A stretch of 35,026 bases of DNA from Fibrobacteria bacterium. Its GTDB lineage: Bacteria > Fibrobacterota > Fibrobacteria > UBA11236. Made by a program: the position numbers and the translations under genes. The notes under the pieces are model-generated. The model had not been told where the DNA came from and did not search any database. It saw only the letters and a program-made list of their open reading frames with translations. Below are positions 1 through 7,499 of this stretch, piece after piece. The DNA is taken from positions 1 to 35,026 of the forward strand of contig JBGPFT010000001.1 of assembly GCA_041483475.1 (NCBI GenBank), in the 5' to 3' direction. The number at the start of each line of letters is the position of its first letter. Within the stretch, counting starts at the first letter, position 1.

Positions 1-427
1 CTTTCAGAAAGGCGGCGCCGCCCGCCGGCTCGGCGGGGAAGAATTTCACCACGGAGAATCCCATTTCCATGGCCATGGCCATTTCGGAAGGGGTCATCAC
101 GCCGGGGATGAAGGGAAATTTTTTCTCCAGTGCCCGGGCCGCGGTTTTGGGATTGAAATTCGGCGCCAGGCCGAAACGCGCGCCGGCGTCCATGGCCTGA
201 TCCACCTGTTCGGGCCTGAGCACCGTTCCCGCGCCGGGCAGCAGCCCCGGCACCTTGGCCATGGCGGTTATGGCCTTGGCTGCGGCGGCGGTGCGGAGGG
301 TGATTTCCGCCAGAGGCAATCCGCCGGCCATCAAGGCTTCGGCGATGGGGCGGGCGTCCTCTTCTTTTTCCACCGTGAGCACGGGCATGAGGCCCGCCTT
401 GCCGATAAGAGCGAACAGATCTTCCAT
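1..427 (-). CDS. eda: KDPG / 4-hydroxy-2-oxoglutarate aldolase (Eda family); C-terminus runs off the window start
   Basis: Manual minus-strand translation from ATG (425-427): MEDLFALIGKAGLMPVLTVEKEEDARPIAEALMAGGLPLAEITLRT...GAGTV...FIPGVMTPSEM...VKFFPAEPAGG. This is the canonical Eda pattern. It is absent from the ORF track because the gene is truncated by the window edge. It starts 7 nt after the SDR stop. Confidence 0.85.
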   Translation of the reverse strand, partial: MEDLFALIGKAGLMPVLTVEKEEDARPIAEALMAGGLPLAEITLRTAAAAKAITAMAKVPGLLPGAGTVLRPEQVDQAMDAGARFGLAPNFNPKTAARALEKKFPFIPGVMTPSEMAMAMEMGFSVVKFFPAEPAGGAAFLK

Positions 428-434
428 TTTCTCT

Positions 435-1208
435 CTACAATCTAGGCAAGGTCAGGCCTCCGTCCACGTGCAGGACGGATCCGGTGCTATAGGGGAGATC
501 GCCCCGCGCCAGCATGGCGGCGGCGCGGCCCACATCTTCGGGCGTCCCCCAGCGCGGCTCCACAAGCAATCCCTTTTCAATCAAGTCGTCGTACTTGGCC
601 TTAACTCCCGCGGTCATGTCGGTTTGGATGATGCCGGGACGGATTTCGTAAACCGGAATACCGAATTCCCCCAGCCGCGCGGCGAAAAGCTTCGTGGCCA
701 TGCCCAATCCCGCCTTGCTCACGCAATAATCGCCCCGCGACACTGAAGCCGTTTCGGCGGAAATCGAGGTCACGTTGATGACGCAGCCAGCGAAGGATGC
801 GTCCGCCTTTTTCTGCCGAATCATCCAGTTGGCGGTGGCTTGGGTCAGGAAATACGGACCTTGGAGGTTGATGCGCAGGAGACGCTCGAAGCTTTCCTCC
901 GAGGCTTCCAAAATGTCAGCGCGGGTTTCCGGGGCTACCCCGGCATTGTTCACCAAAACGTGCAGGGCCCCGAATTTTTCCTCGACGGCTTTAAGGAGAG
1001 CGGTCCGATCCGCCTTGGAACCGACATCGGCTCTTACATAGAGAACCTCCGCCCCGGTGGTTCGCAACTTGGCCAGCGATTCCTCCGCGCCTTCGGCGGG
1101 GCGCAAACCGCATACACAGAGGTTGAAACCTTCCCGCCCCAGCGCAGAGGCGATGCCGAAGCCTATGCCCCGGGTTCCTCCCGTGATTAATGCCGTCCGT
1201 TTTGCCAT
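435..1208 (-). CDS. Short-chain dehydrogenase/reductase (SDR); KduD/DhuD-like role inferred from context only
   Basis: 257 aa. Contains the TGGTRGIG Rossmann motif, NNAG and the catalytic YCVSK (YxxxK). It lies between the GH88-like gene and eda with 6-7 nt spacers. Confidence 0.85.
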   Translation of the reverse strand: MAKRTALITGGTRGIGFGIASALGREGFNLCVCGLRPAEGAEESLAKLRTTGAEVLYVRADVGSKADRTALLKAVEEKFGALHVLVNNAGVAPETRADILEASEESFERLLRINLQGPYFLTQATANWMIRQKKADASFAGCVINVTSISAETASVSRGDYCVSKAGLGMATKLFAARLGEFGIPVYEIRPGIIQTDMTAGVKAKYDDLIEKGLLVEPRWGTPEDVGRAAAMLARGDLPYSTGSVLHVDGGLTLPRL

Positions 1209-1214
1209 GGTCGT

Positions 1215-2591
1215 TCAGGCCGAAGGGCCGAAGAAAACGTAATAGGGCTTTCCCTCCGCCAACCGTTGCGCCAACAGGGCCGCCTCGCGCAAGTGATAAT
1301 CGCCCCATTGGCAGGCTTCGCCGCAGGGTACGGATCTCCCTTCGGGGATATGATCCCAGCCGTTGGGGCGGTGGTAAACGGAGTGGAGCAACAAACCCTG
1401 GTGATTCAAGTCTGTCGCCAAATAGGGTTCCTCCAACAATCCGCACAGAACCGTGAGCCCGGCTTGGAAATAAGTCTTGGCCGCCGCCGCCTCGGGTTTT
1501 TCCAGATATTTTCCGAGGCGTAAAAGCCCTTGGCAGGCTATGGCCGCCGCCGAACTGTCCACCGGCTCATAAGGATTAAAAGGATCGGCGGGTTTGCCTT
1601 TCCAATCCCCGAGCTTGTGCAAGGCGGGCGCGCCGTCGTCCCAATAGGGAATGCCGTCGTCCGGCGTGCTGCCGATCCAGAAATCGCAGGTGGCCCGGGC
1701 GGCTTTGAGAAGCGGGGCCGTCGCGGCATCGCGTCCGCCGAACGGGGCGAATTCCGCATCCCGCAGCGAAGCCAGGAATTCCAACTCCTCGGTGAAACCC
1801 AGCATGGCCCAGGCCAGGCCCCGGGTCCAGGTGGAAAAAGGCGAGTAACCCTGCTGAGAATTCGGACAGCGGTAGCTGCCGTCGTTCACGTTGAATACGC
1901 TTTCATGCGCCGTCCTGCCGCGCACGTCGTAGGCGTCGCGGCCTTCGCCGTAATACACGGCGTATTTCGCCGTGGCATGGGCATGCTGGAGCAAACGCCC
2001 CAGCAGCGAAATCTTTTCGTCCTTCTCGCCCATCAGCGCATGTCCCAGCGCATGCGACAGGGCCAAGGCGCGCAGCGACCGGATCGCATCCACGAACAGG
2101 GAATGCGGGCCGTTGAAGGAGTGGATGTACCCTCCGCCGGGAATGGCGGTCCAGCGCGCGGCCTGCACCGCGCCCGAGCATTTCAGGGCCAAATCGTAAA
2201 AGTGACTTTCGTATTCCGTCGCCCCGAACCGCCCTTCGCGCGCGAGCCGCCGGAGCGCGCCATAGGTGCCGACGTTGTTGAAGCCGTGATCGTGCACCCC
2301 GACATGGGTGAGATGCGGCGCCATCACCTTGAGCGTACGCTCGCGGCACAGATCGAGGAATTCCTTTTCGTCCGTGGCGTCGAATTGCAGGGCCATGGAG
2401 CCATACTGGAATCCCTGCGTCCATTCGGTCCAGCCGCGCGCGGCATAACGTCCCTTCACCGTAAACACCGGCGAGGGCGATCCGGGGGGGCAGGTCTTTT
2501 CCAGAGACTGGATTTTGACCGCCGACAGCTCCCACAGGCGGACGAGCTGGGGCTTTAGATGGGAAGGTTGAAGGTCGTCACGGACGCGCAT
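1215..2591 (-). CDS. Glycoside hydrolase family 88-like unsaturated glucuronyl hydrolase, cytoplasmic
   Basis: 458 aa. Blocks match remembered Bacillus UGL hallmarks: WTQGF, VHDHGF (DHHDIGF in UGL), STWTRGLAW..GF, PYWD, DSSAAAIACQGLL, WGDYHLREA. No signal peptide. Confidence 0.8.
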   Translation of the reverse strand: MRVRDDLQPSHLKPQLVRLWELSAVKIQSLEKTCPPGSPSPVFTVKGRYAARGWTEWTQGFQYGSMALQFDATDEKEFLDLCRERTLKVMAPHLTHVGVHDHGFNNVGTYGALRRLAREGRFGATEYESHFYDLALKCSGAVQAARWTAIPGGGYIHSFNGPHSLFVDAIRSLRALALSHALGHALMGEKDEKISLLGRLLQHAHATAKYAVYYGEGRDAYDVRGRTAHESVFNVNDGSYRCPNSQQGYSPFSTWTRGLAWAMLGFTEELEFLASLRDAEFAPFGGRDAATAPLLKAARATCDFWIGSTPDDGIPYWDDGAPALHKLGDWKGKPADPFNPYEPVDSSAAAIACQGLLRLGKYLEKPEAAAAKTYFQAGLTVLCGLLEEPYLATDLNHQGLLLHSVYHRPNGWDHIPEGRSVPCGEACQWGDYHLREAALLAQRLAEGKPYYVFFGPSA

Positions 2592-2595
2592 GGCC

Positions 2596-3129
2596 CTACA
2601 TCTTTTTGCCCTTATGCAGGTGCAGCAATATGATTTTGCAGTCCTGCAGGACGCGGTACTCGTGCTTCAGCATGGCGTCGAATTGGATGGAGTCCCCTTC
2701 CTTCAGGGTATAGCGATCCGGCCCCACGGAAAGTTCGATGCTGCCGGAGACCACCCAGCACACCTCGATGTCGTTGTGGTGGATCTCAGGCCGGCTCACC
2801 TTGGCGCCGGCCAGGGCCGTGCCGAGGAAAAGCTGGAGATTCATGAAGTTTATGTTCTGGAACTGGAAGCCGCCCGAAGTGTATTGCTGGGTGACGGCCA
2901 TTTGCGCCGAACGGCGTTCCGCCAATCCCAGGAGATCCGTGGCCGAGATGCCGAATACCTTGGCCAGGCGCGCCAGGGTTTCCAGCTCGGGCATGGCCTG
3001 GTTGCGCTCGATGCGCGAGATCACCGCCGTGGAAATGCCCGAGTTCTCGGCGATATCGGCGATGGTGTAGCCCTGCGTTTTGCGCAGGGTTCTCAGGATG
3101 GTGAAGTCGTAGCTTTGTGCGCTGCGCAT
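2596..3129 (-). CDS. XRE-family HTH transcriptional regulator with C-terminal cupin sensor domain
   Basis: 177 aa. The N-terminus (LRKTQGYTIADIAENSGISTAVISRIERNQAMPELETLARLAKVFG) is a classic HTH_3. The C-terminus (HHNDIEVCWVVSGSIEL...GDSIQFD...HEY) is cupin-like. The gene sits inside the operon, 4 nt upstream of the GH88 gene and 18 nt downstream of the MFS gene. Confidence 0.85.
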   Translation of the reverse strand: MRSAQSYDFTILRTLRKTQGYTIADIAENSGISTAVISRIERNQAMPELETLARLAKVFGISATDLLGLAERRSAQMAVTQQYTSGGFQFQNINFMNLQLFLGTALAGAKVSRPEIHHNDIEVCWVVSGSIELSVGPDRYTLKEGDSIQFDAMLKHEYRVLQDCKIILLHLHKGKKM

Positions 3130-3147
3130 GGTGTTCTCTCCGTTCCT

Positions 3148-4467
3148 CTATTCCGGCAGGGGTTTCCCCTTGGTTTCGGGCGCCAGCCAAATCAGGATCA
3201 GCCCTACGGCGTATACCAGGCTAATCACCGAACACATTTTGCCGAAGTCCCCGTGGAAATGTTTCACCAGCGCGCCGCTCCCTAAAGTTCCGGCGGCGGC
3301 CAAAAGCCGGCCGGCGTTGAAAGTGAATCCCGAGCCCATGGCCCGCATGCGGGTGGGGAACAGCTCGGGCAGATACAGCGGCAGCCAGCCGTAGAAACCG
3401 GCGGTGAGTCCGCCCACGAGAAAAGTCCAGACTAGGAACCAGTTTCCGAAACCGATCTCGCTGCGAAACAGCCATTGACAGGCCAGCAGGGAAAGCAGTC
3501 CCAGCGTGAAATACGTGCGGCGCCGGTTCGTCTTCTCCGCGATCAGGGCCACCAGAATCGAGAAGACGATCGCTCCCAACGCCGAACAGATTTGTGCCGA
3601 TTCGCGCGCCCCATGGGCCTTGTCAGCCAGCTTGTCGGCCCAGGCGGGAATCCACTGCACGGATCCCCATGTGCCCAAAAGCGCCACCGCGCCCAGTCCC
3701 GCGCCCAGCAAGGTAAAGCGCGCCATGCCGCCCCGGAACAAATCGCCCATCCCGGTTTTAGCCGCTACGCTCTGGGAGGATTTTTCCCACATTTCGGATT
3801 CGGGCACGAAGATGCGGATGAAGAAGGTGAGCAGGGCCGGCAAAGCCCCGAGCAGCATCAGCAGCCTCCAGGCGCGGTTGGCGACCAGCGCGTCCGCGAG
3901 GGCGGCGGGCAGGACGGCGTGGAGCAGCCCGCTCACCGAAGTGATGAAGCTGGCCAGGCCCAGGGACAACAAGGCGATCAACAGGAATCCGACGTTCGCC
4001 GAAGCCCCGATGATGCCGGCCATCATGGGCCGGGATTTGGAGGGCCAAATCTCCATGACCAGGGCGACGCCCAAAGCCCATTGGCCTCCCATTCCGAGCG
4101 CGGCCAGGAATCGCAGCGCGGCGATTTGCCAGGGCGCATTGGAAAACGCGCATAAACCCGAGAATACGGAATAGGCCAGTACGCTCCATACCATGGCCCG
4201 CGTGCGGCCGATGCGATCTCCCAGCCAACCGAGCAATATGCCGCCGCAGGCCGCGCCCACCAGGAAAACGGCGATGATGACCGAGAACCAGAAACCGCTG
4301 GCCTCGTCGGAGCCCGTGAATTCCAGCATGGCCGGCCGCCCCACCAGGGGGAACAGGCCCATTTCCAGGCCGTCGAACATCCAACCGAGGATGGCGGCGG
4401 CCAGGGCCAGCCATTTCGCGGATTCCAAGGTGCGTCCGCCGTTGGCGGCGAAAGGAACGGAATTCAT
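3148..4467 (-). CDS. MFS transporter
   Basis: 439 aa and highly hydrophobic, with about 12 predicted helices. Contains the MFS signature GWLGDRIGRTRAM between TM2 and TM3. Its ATG overlaps the stop of the upstream enolase-like gene (ATGA). Confidence 0.85.
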   Translation of the reverse strand: MNSVPFAANGGRTLESAKWLALAAAILGWMFDGLEMGLFPLVGRPAMLEFTGSDEASGFWFSVIIAVFLVGAACGGILLGWLGDRIGRTRAMVWSVLAYSVFSGLCAFSNAPWQIAALRFLAALGMGGQWALGVALVMEIWPSKSRPMMAGIIGASANVGFLLIALLSLGLASFITSVSGLLHAVLPAALADALVANRAWRLLMLLGALPALLTFFIRIFVPESEMWEKSSQSVAAKTGMGDLFRGGMARFTLLGAGLGAVALLGTWGSVQWIPAWADKLADKAHGARESAQICSALGAIVFSILVALIAEKTNRRRTYFTLGLLSLLACQWLFRSEIGFGNWFLVWTFLVGGLTAGFYGWLPLYLPELFPTRMRAMGSGFTFNAGRLLAAAGTLGSGALVKHFHGDFGKMCSVISLVYAVGLILIWLAPETKGKPLPE

Positions 4468-5894
4468 CGTGAACCTCCTAGCGCAAGTGATTTGGATGGG
4501 AAAAGCTCGATGGATTCCAGCGCGGACCAGTCTGGCCAGGAGCTGGAGCCGAATCCCGGCGCGGCGTTCACCTCGTCAAGGCGAAACCCGCCGTTTTCGA
4601 CGCGGACCTTCGCTCCCGCCTGGGCATCGGGTTCGTACAGGGACGGATAGTGCGCCAGGGCGTCCTGCCGTTCCGCCGGCGAAAGAAAGGCGAAGCCGCG
4701 GATGTAATGATGGCCGTTGCGCTCGCTATGGGTGATCCCCAAAGCCGCGGCCAAGGCCAAATCCTGTTGCAGCGGATGCACCGGCACCGTGGTGAGATCC
4801 TCGCTGGACAGGATGAGATAATTGCCCCCCGACTGGGCCGCGCGACGTAGGCGCAGGAAATGGGAGACGGATCGGAACAAACCCTTGCACAGCTTGGAGG
4901 AAACCCCGGCGTAACCCAGTGCCAGGGCGCGTTCCAAAGCATCGCCTTCATCGTCGCTTTCGTCGATGATCACCGGCTTGAACGCCGACACCTTGGCCAG
5001 CGCGGGAGCGGATCGGGGCTCCAAAGCGGAGTCGCGCGCCACCGGCTGCTCGATCCAAAGGATGCGCTTCAGGAATCCCTTCATCGCGGTTTCGTTCCAG
5101 AGGCGATCCAAAAAGGCGGCAAAGGCGTCCATGTCGGGGAATTGCTCGTTGCCGTCCAGCGTCGAGGAATAGTTTCCCGCCTCGCGGTCCAGGATTTCCG
5201 CGATCCGCCGCAGGCGCGGAAGGCTTTCGGCCGCGTCTCCGCTGATTTTAATCTTGAAAAAGGCGGGGCGATGGGTCCGCACCACTTCCTCCAGCGTTTC
5301 CGGAAGCCCGTCGTGCAGGGGGTCCCGCACGTCCGGCGCTGAAAGCGCGTCGGCGAGCCCCACCGTGTGCCGGAGCTTGATATGGGAAAGAGGCTTTTCG
5401 GGAAGCTGCGCGGAATCGACAGGGGAAAGACCCAGGGCTCCACCCCGCAGCGCGGTAGAAAAGGATTGTCCTCGCAAGCGGCACAGCCCGTCCACGACGG
5501 CGGCTTCGACCAGGGCGGCGCCGAAACCCGCTGCCAGCGGGGCCATGTCCTCCGCCGCCAGGCGCCGCCGCAACGGCTCGGTGACGGCGCGATGCAAATC
5601 CCAGGCGCTGCCTGGTCCCGCGTCCTCGTAGGCTTCCACGGCCTCGGACAGGGAACGCCGCAAATCGGTTTCATTGTCGCGGGGCGTTTTTCCCGGCCGC
5701 TTGTCGAACCAAAGCGGCGGAATGCCCGAAGCTGAAACGCCCGGGAAAGATGCGCCGCTTTCGGATTCCAAGGGGACGCGGAGGTAGAAAATCTGCATCT
5801 CGGTCATGTTGGCTTTGCCGAAGCGGAACGGAAACCTCGTCCGCATCGTCCTGCGGTACAGTTTCGCTTCCGGTGCGCGGAGGCGTATTTTCAT
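4464..5894 (-). CDS. Enolase-superfamily (mandelate racemase/muconate-lactonizing enzyme-like) protein, unusually long, substrate unknown
   Basis: 476 aa. An ordered series of barrel motifs is present: FFKIKISG (KxK), LDGNEQF (metal Asp), WIEQP (metal Glu), IIDESD (third acidic ligand), SKLCKG, ERNGHHY. It is the first gene of the operon. Confidence 0.6.
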   Translation of the reverse strand: MKIRLRAPEAKLYRRTMRTRFPFRFGKANMTEMQIFYLRVPLESESGASFPGVSASGIPPLWFDKRPGKTPRDNETDLRRSLSEAVEAYEDAGPGSAWDLHRAVTEPLRRRLAAEDMAPLAAGFGAALVEAAVVDGLCRLRGQSFSTALRGGALGLSPVDSAQLPEKPLSHIKLRHTVGLADALSAPDVRDPLHDGLPETLEEVVRTHRPAFFKIKISGDAAESLPRLRRIAEILDREAGNYSSTLDGNEQFPDMDAFAAFLDRLWNETAMKGFLKRILWIEQPVARDSALEPRSAPALAKVSAFKPVIIDESDDEGDALERALALGYAGVSSKLCKGLFRSVSHFLRLRRAAQSGGNYLILSSEDLTTVPVHPLQQDLALAAALGITHSERNGHHYIRGFAFLSPAERQDALAHYPSLYEPDAQAGAKVRVENGGFRLDEVNAAPGFGSSSWPDWSALESIELFPSKSLALGGSR

Positions 5895-5932
5895 GCCGGT
5901 GTACTCCGAGAAAGAAAATTTTCCAGAAAAAC

Positions 5933-5944
5933 TTTTACGTAAAA
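5933..5944. promoter_or_regulatory. Perfect 12-bp palindrome TTTTACGTAAAA; candidate operator in the divergent control region
   Basis: Read directly from the sequence and self-complementary. It lies in the only AT-rich stretch of the window, between divergent start codons at 5894 and 6009, and overlaps a -35-like hexamer. Confidence 0.35.
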
Positions 5945-5963
5945 AATACTTTGTAGATATAAT
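5934..5963 (+). promoter_or_regulatory. Sigma-70-like promoter candidate for the OYE gene (TTTACG, 18 bp spacer, TATAAT)
   Basis: TTTACG at 5934-5939 and a perfect TATAAT at 5958-5963, about 45 nt upstream of the ATG at 6009. The 18-bp spacer is slightly long, and the host promoter grammar is unknown. Confidence 0.3.
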
Positions 5964-6008
5964 ATAGGCATATATTTAGCGCGGAAGATACGGATAGAAT
6001 TAAAAAAC

Positions 6009-7499
6009 ATGGAATTCATAGAAATCAGGAAGCTGACGTCCCTGAAAAATCCGGCCGCATTCCGGGAAAGGGCGGCGTTTCTGGGCTTGGATGTTCCTTG
6101 CGAGGACGCCGTGGAAAAGGCCCCGGATTCGCCCTTGGCGAAAACCCTGGACATCGGCGGTTTCAAGGTGGGGAATCGTTACTGCATTCATCCCATGGAA
6201 GGGTGGGACGCCACCGAGGACGGCAAACCCACCGAGGACGTGATCCGGCGCTGGGAACGCTTCGGCGAAAGCGGGGCGAAATTCCTCTGGGGCATGGAAG
6301 CCATGGCCGTGCGCGCCGATGGTCGGGCCAATCCCCATCAAATCGTGTTGTCGGAAGAGAACGCCCCGGCCATCCGCGCCGCAGCGGATAAAGCCCTGGA
6401 GGCGCATGCGCGCCGTTTCGGTTCGACGGACGATCTGTTGTGGGGATACCAACTCACCCATTCGGGCCGCTTTTCGCGTCCGCATGACAAACAACGCCTG
6501 GAACCGTTGCTGGCCTATTCGCATCCCATCCTGAATCCGCGTTTCCATCTGCCGGAAAACCAACCGGCGCTCAGCGACGATGACGTGAAGCGCCTGATCG
6601 ACGATTACGTGGCCGCCGCCATCCGGGCGGAAAAAACGGGCGCGCCCTTCGTGGACGTCAAGCAATGCCACGGATATCTCGGACATGAATTCCTCTCGGC
6701 CTTTTCGCGAAAAGGGGTCTATGGGGGCCCGGCTTTGGAGGAACGCGCGCGCTTCGCCCGGGAAATCATCCAGGGAATACGGCAGGCCGCTCCCCGGCTC
6801 ATCATCGGCGTGCGCCTTTCGGCCTTCGACTTCGTCCCCTTCCACCAAAACGGGGGCGGGGCCGGCGTCCCGGAGGAATTCGCGCACCTGCTCCCCTACC
6901 GATACGGATTCGGCGTGCGCGCCGACAACCCCTTGGAAATTGATCTTGAGGAACCGACCCGCTATCTGCGCATGCTCAAGTCCTGGGGCGTGGCGGTGGT
7001 CAACGTTTCTTGCGGCTCACCCTATTACAACCCGCATATCCAGCGCCCGGCCCTGTATCCGCCCTCGGACGGCTACCAGCCGCCGGAGGATCCGTTGGTG
7101 GGCGTGGCGCGCCAAGTGGGCGTGGTGAAAGCGTTGAAGAAAGCCGTTCCCGAAATGCCCCTGGTGAGTTCGGGCCTCACTTACTTGCAGGAATTTTTGC
7201 CCCTGGTGGCCCAGGCGTTGGTGCGCCAGGGCTACACGGACATCGCCGGCATCGGCCGCATGATTCTCTCTTATCCCGGCATCGTGGCGGATTCCCTGGA
7301 AAAAGGCTCCCTGGAAGCCAAACGCATTTGCCGCACCTTCTCCGATTGCACCACGGCGCCCCGCAACGGACTCAAATCAGGTTGCTTCCCCCTGGACGCG
7401 CATTACAAAACCATGCCGGAATTCGGCGTGCTCAAGGAGATCAAGCAAGCGGCCCGCGGAAAAGCGAAGGCCAAGGCCGAGGAATCGTCGCTGGCTTAA
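6009..7499 (+). CDS. NADH:flavin oxidoreductase, Old Yellow Enzyme / Oxidored_FMN family, with C-terminal extension
   Basis: 496 aa. Motifs: CIHPMEG, YQLTHSGR, FVDVKQCHGYLGHEFLS, GVRLSAFD, GIGRM. The C-terminal part carries a Cys triad (C-x5-C-x11-C) and a Lys/Ala-rich tail. Confidence 0.8.
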   Translation: MEFIEIRKLTSLKNPAAFRERAAFLGLDVPCEDAVEKAPDSPLAKTLDIGGFKVGNRYCIHPMEGWDATEDGKPTEDVIRRWERFGESGAKFLWGMEAMAVRADGRANPHQIVLSEENAPAIRAAADKALEAHARRFGSTDDLLWGYQLTHSGRFSRPHDKQRLEPLLAYSHPILNPRFHLPENQPALSDDDVKRLIDDYVAAAIRAEKTGAPFVDVKQCHGYLGHEFLSAFSRKGVYGGPALEERARFAREIIQGIRQAAPRLIIGVRLSAFDFVPFHQNGGGAGVPEEFAHLLPYRYGFGVRADNPLEIDLEEPTRYLRMLKSWGVAVVNVSCGSPYYNPHIQRPALYPPSDGYQPPEDPLVGVARQVGVVKALKKAVPEMPLVSSGLTYLQEFLPLVAQALVRQGYTDIAGIGRMILSYPGIVADSLEKGSLEAKRICRTFSDCTTAPRNGLKSGCFPLDAHYKTMPEFGVLKEIKQAARGKAKAKAEESSLA

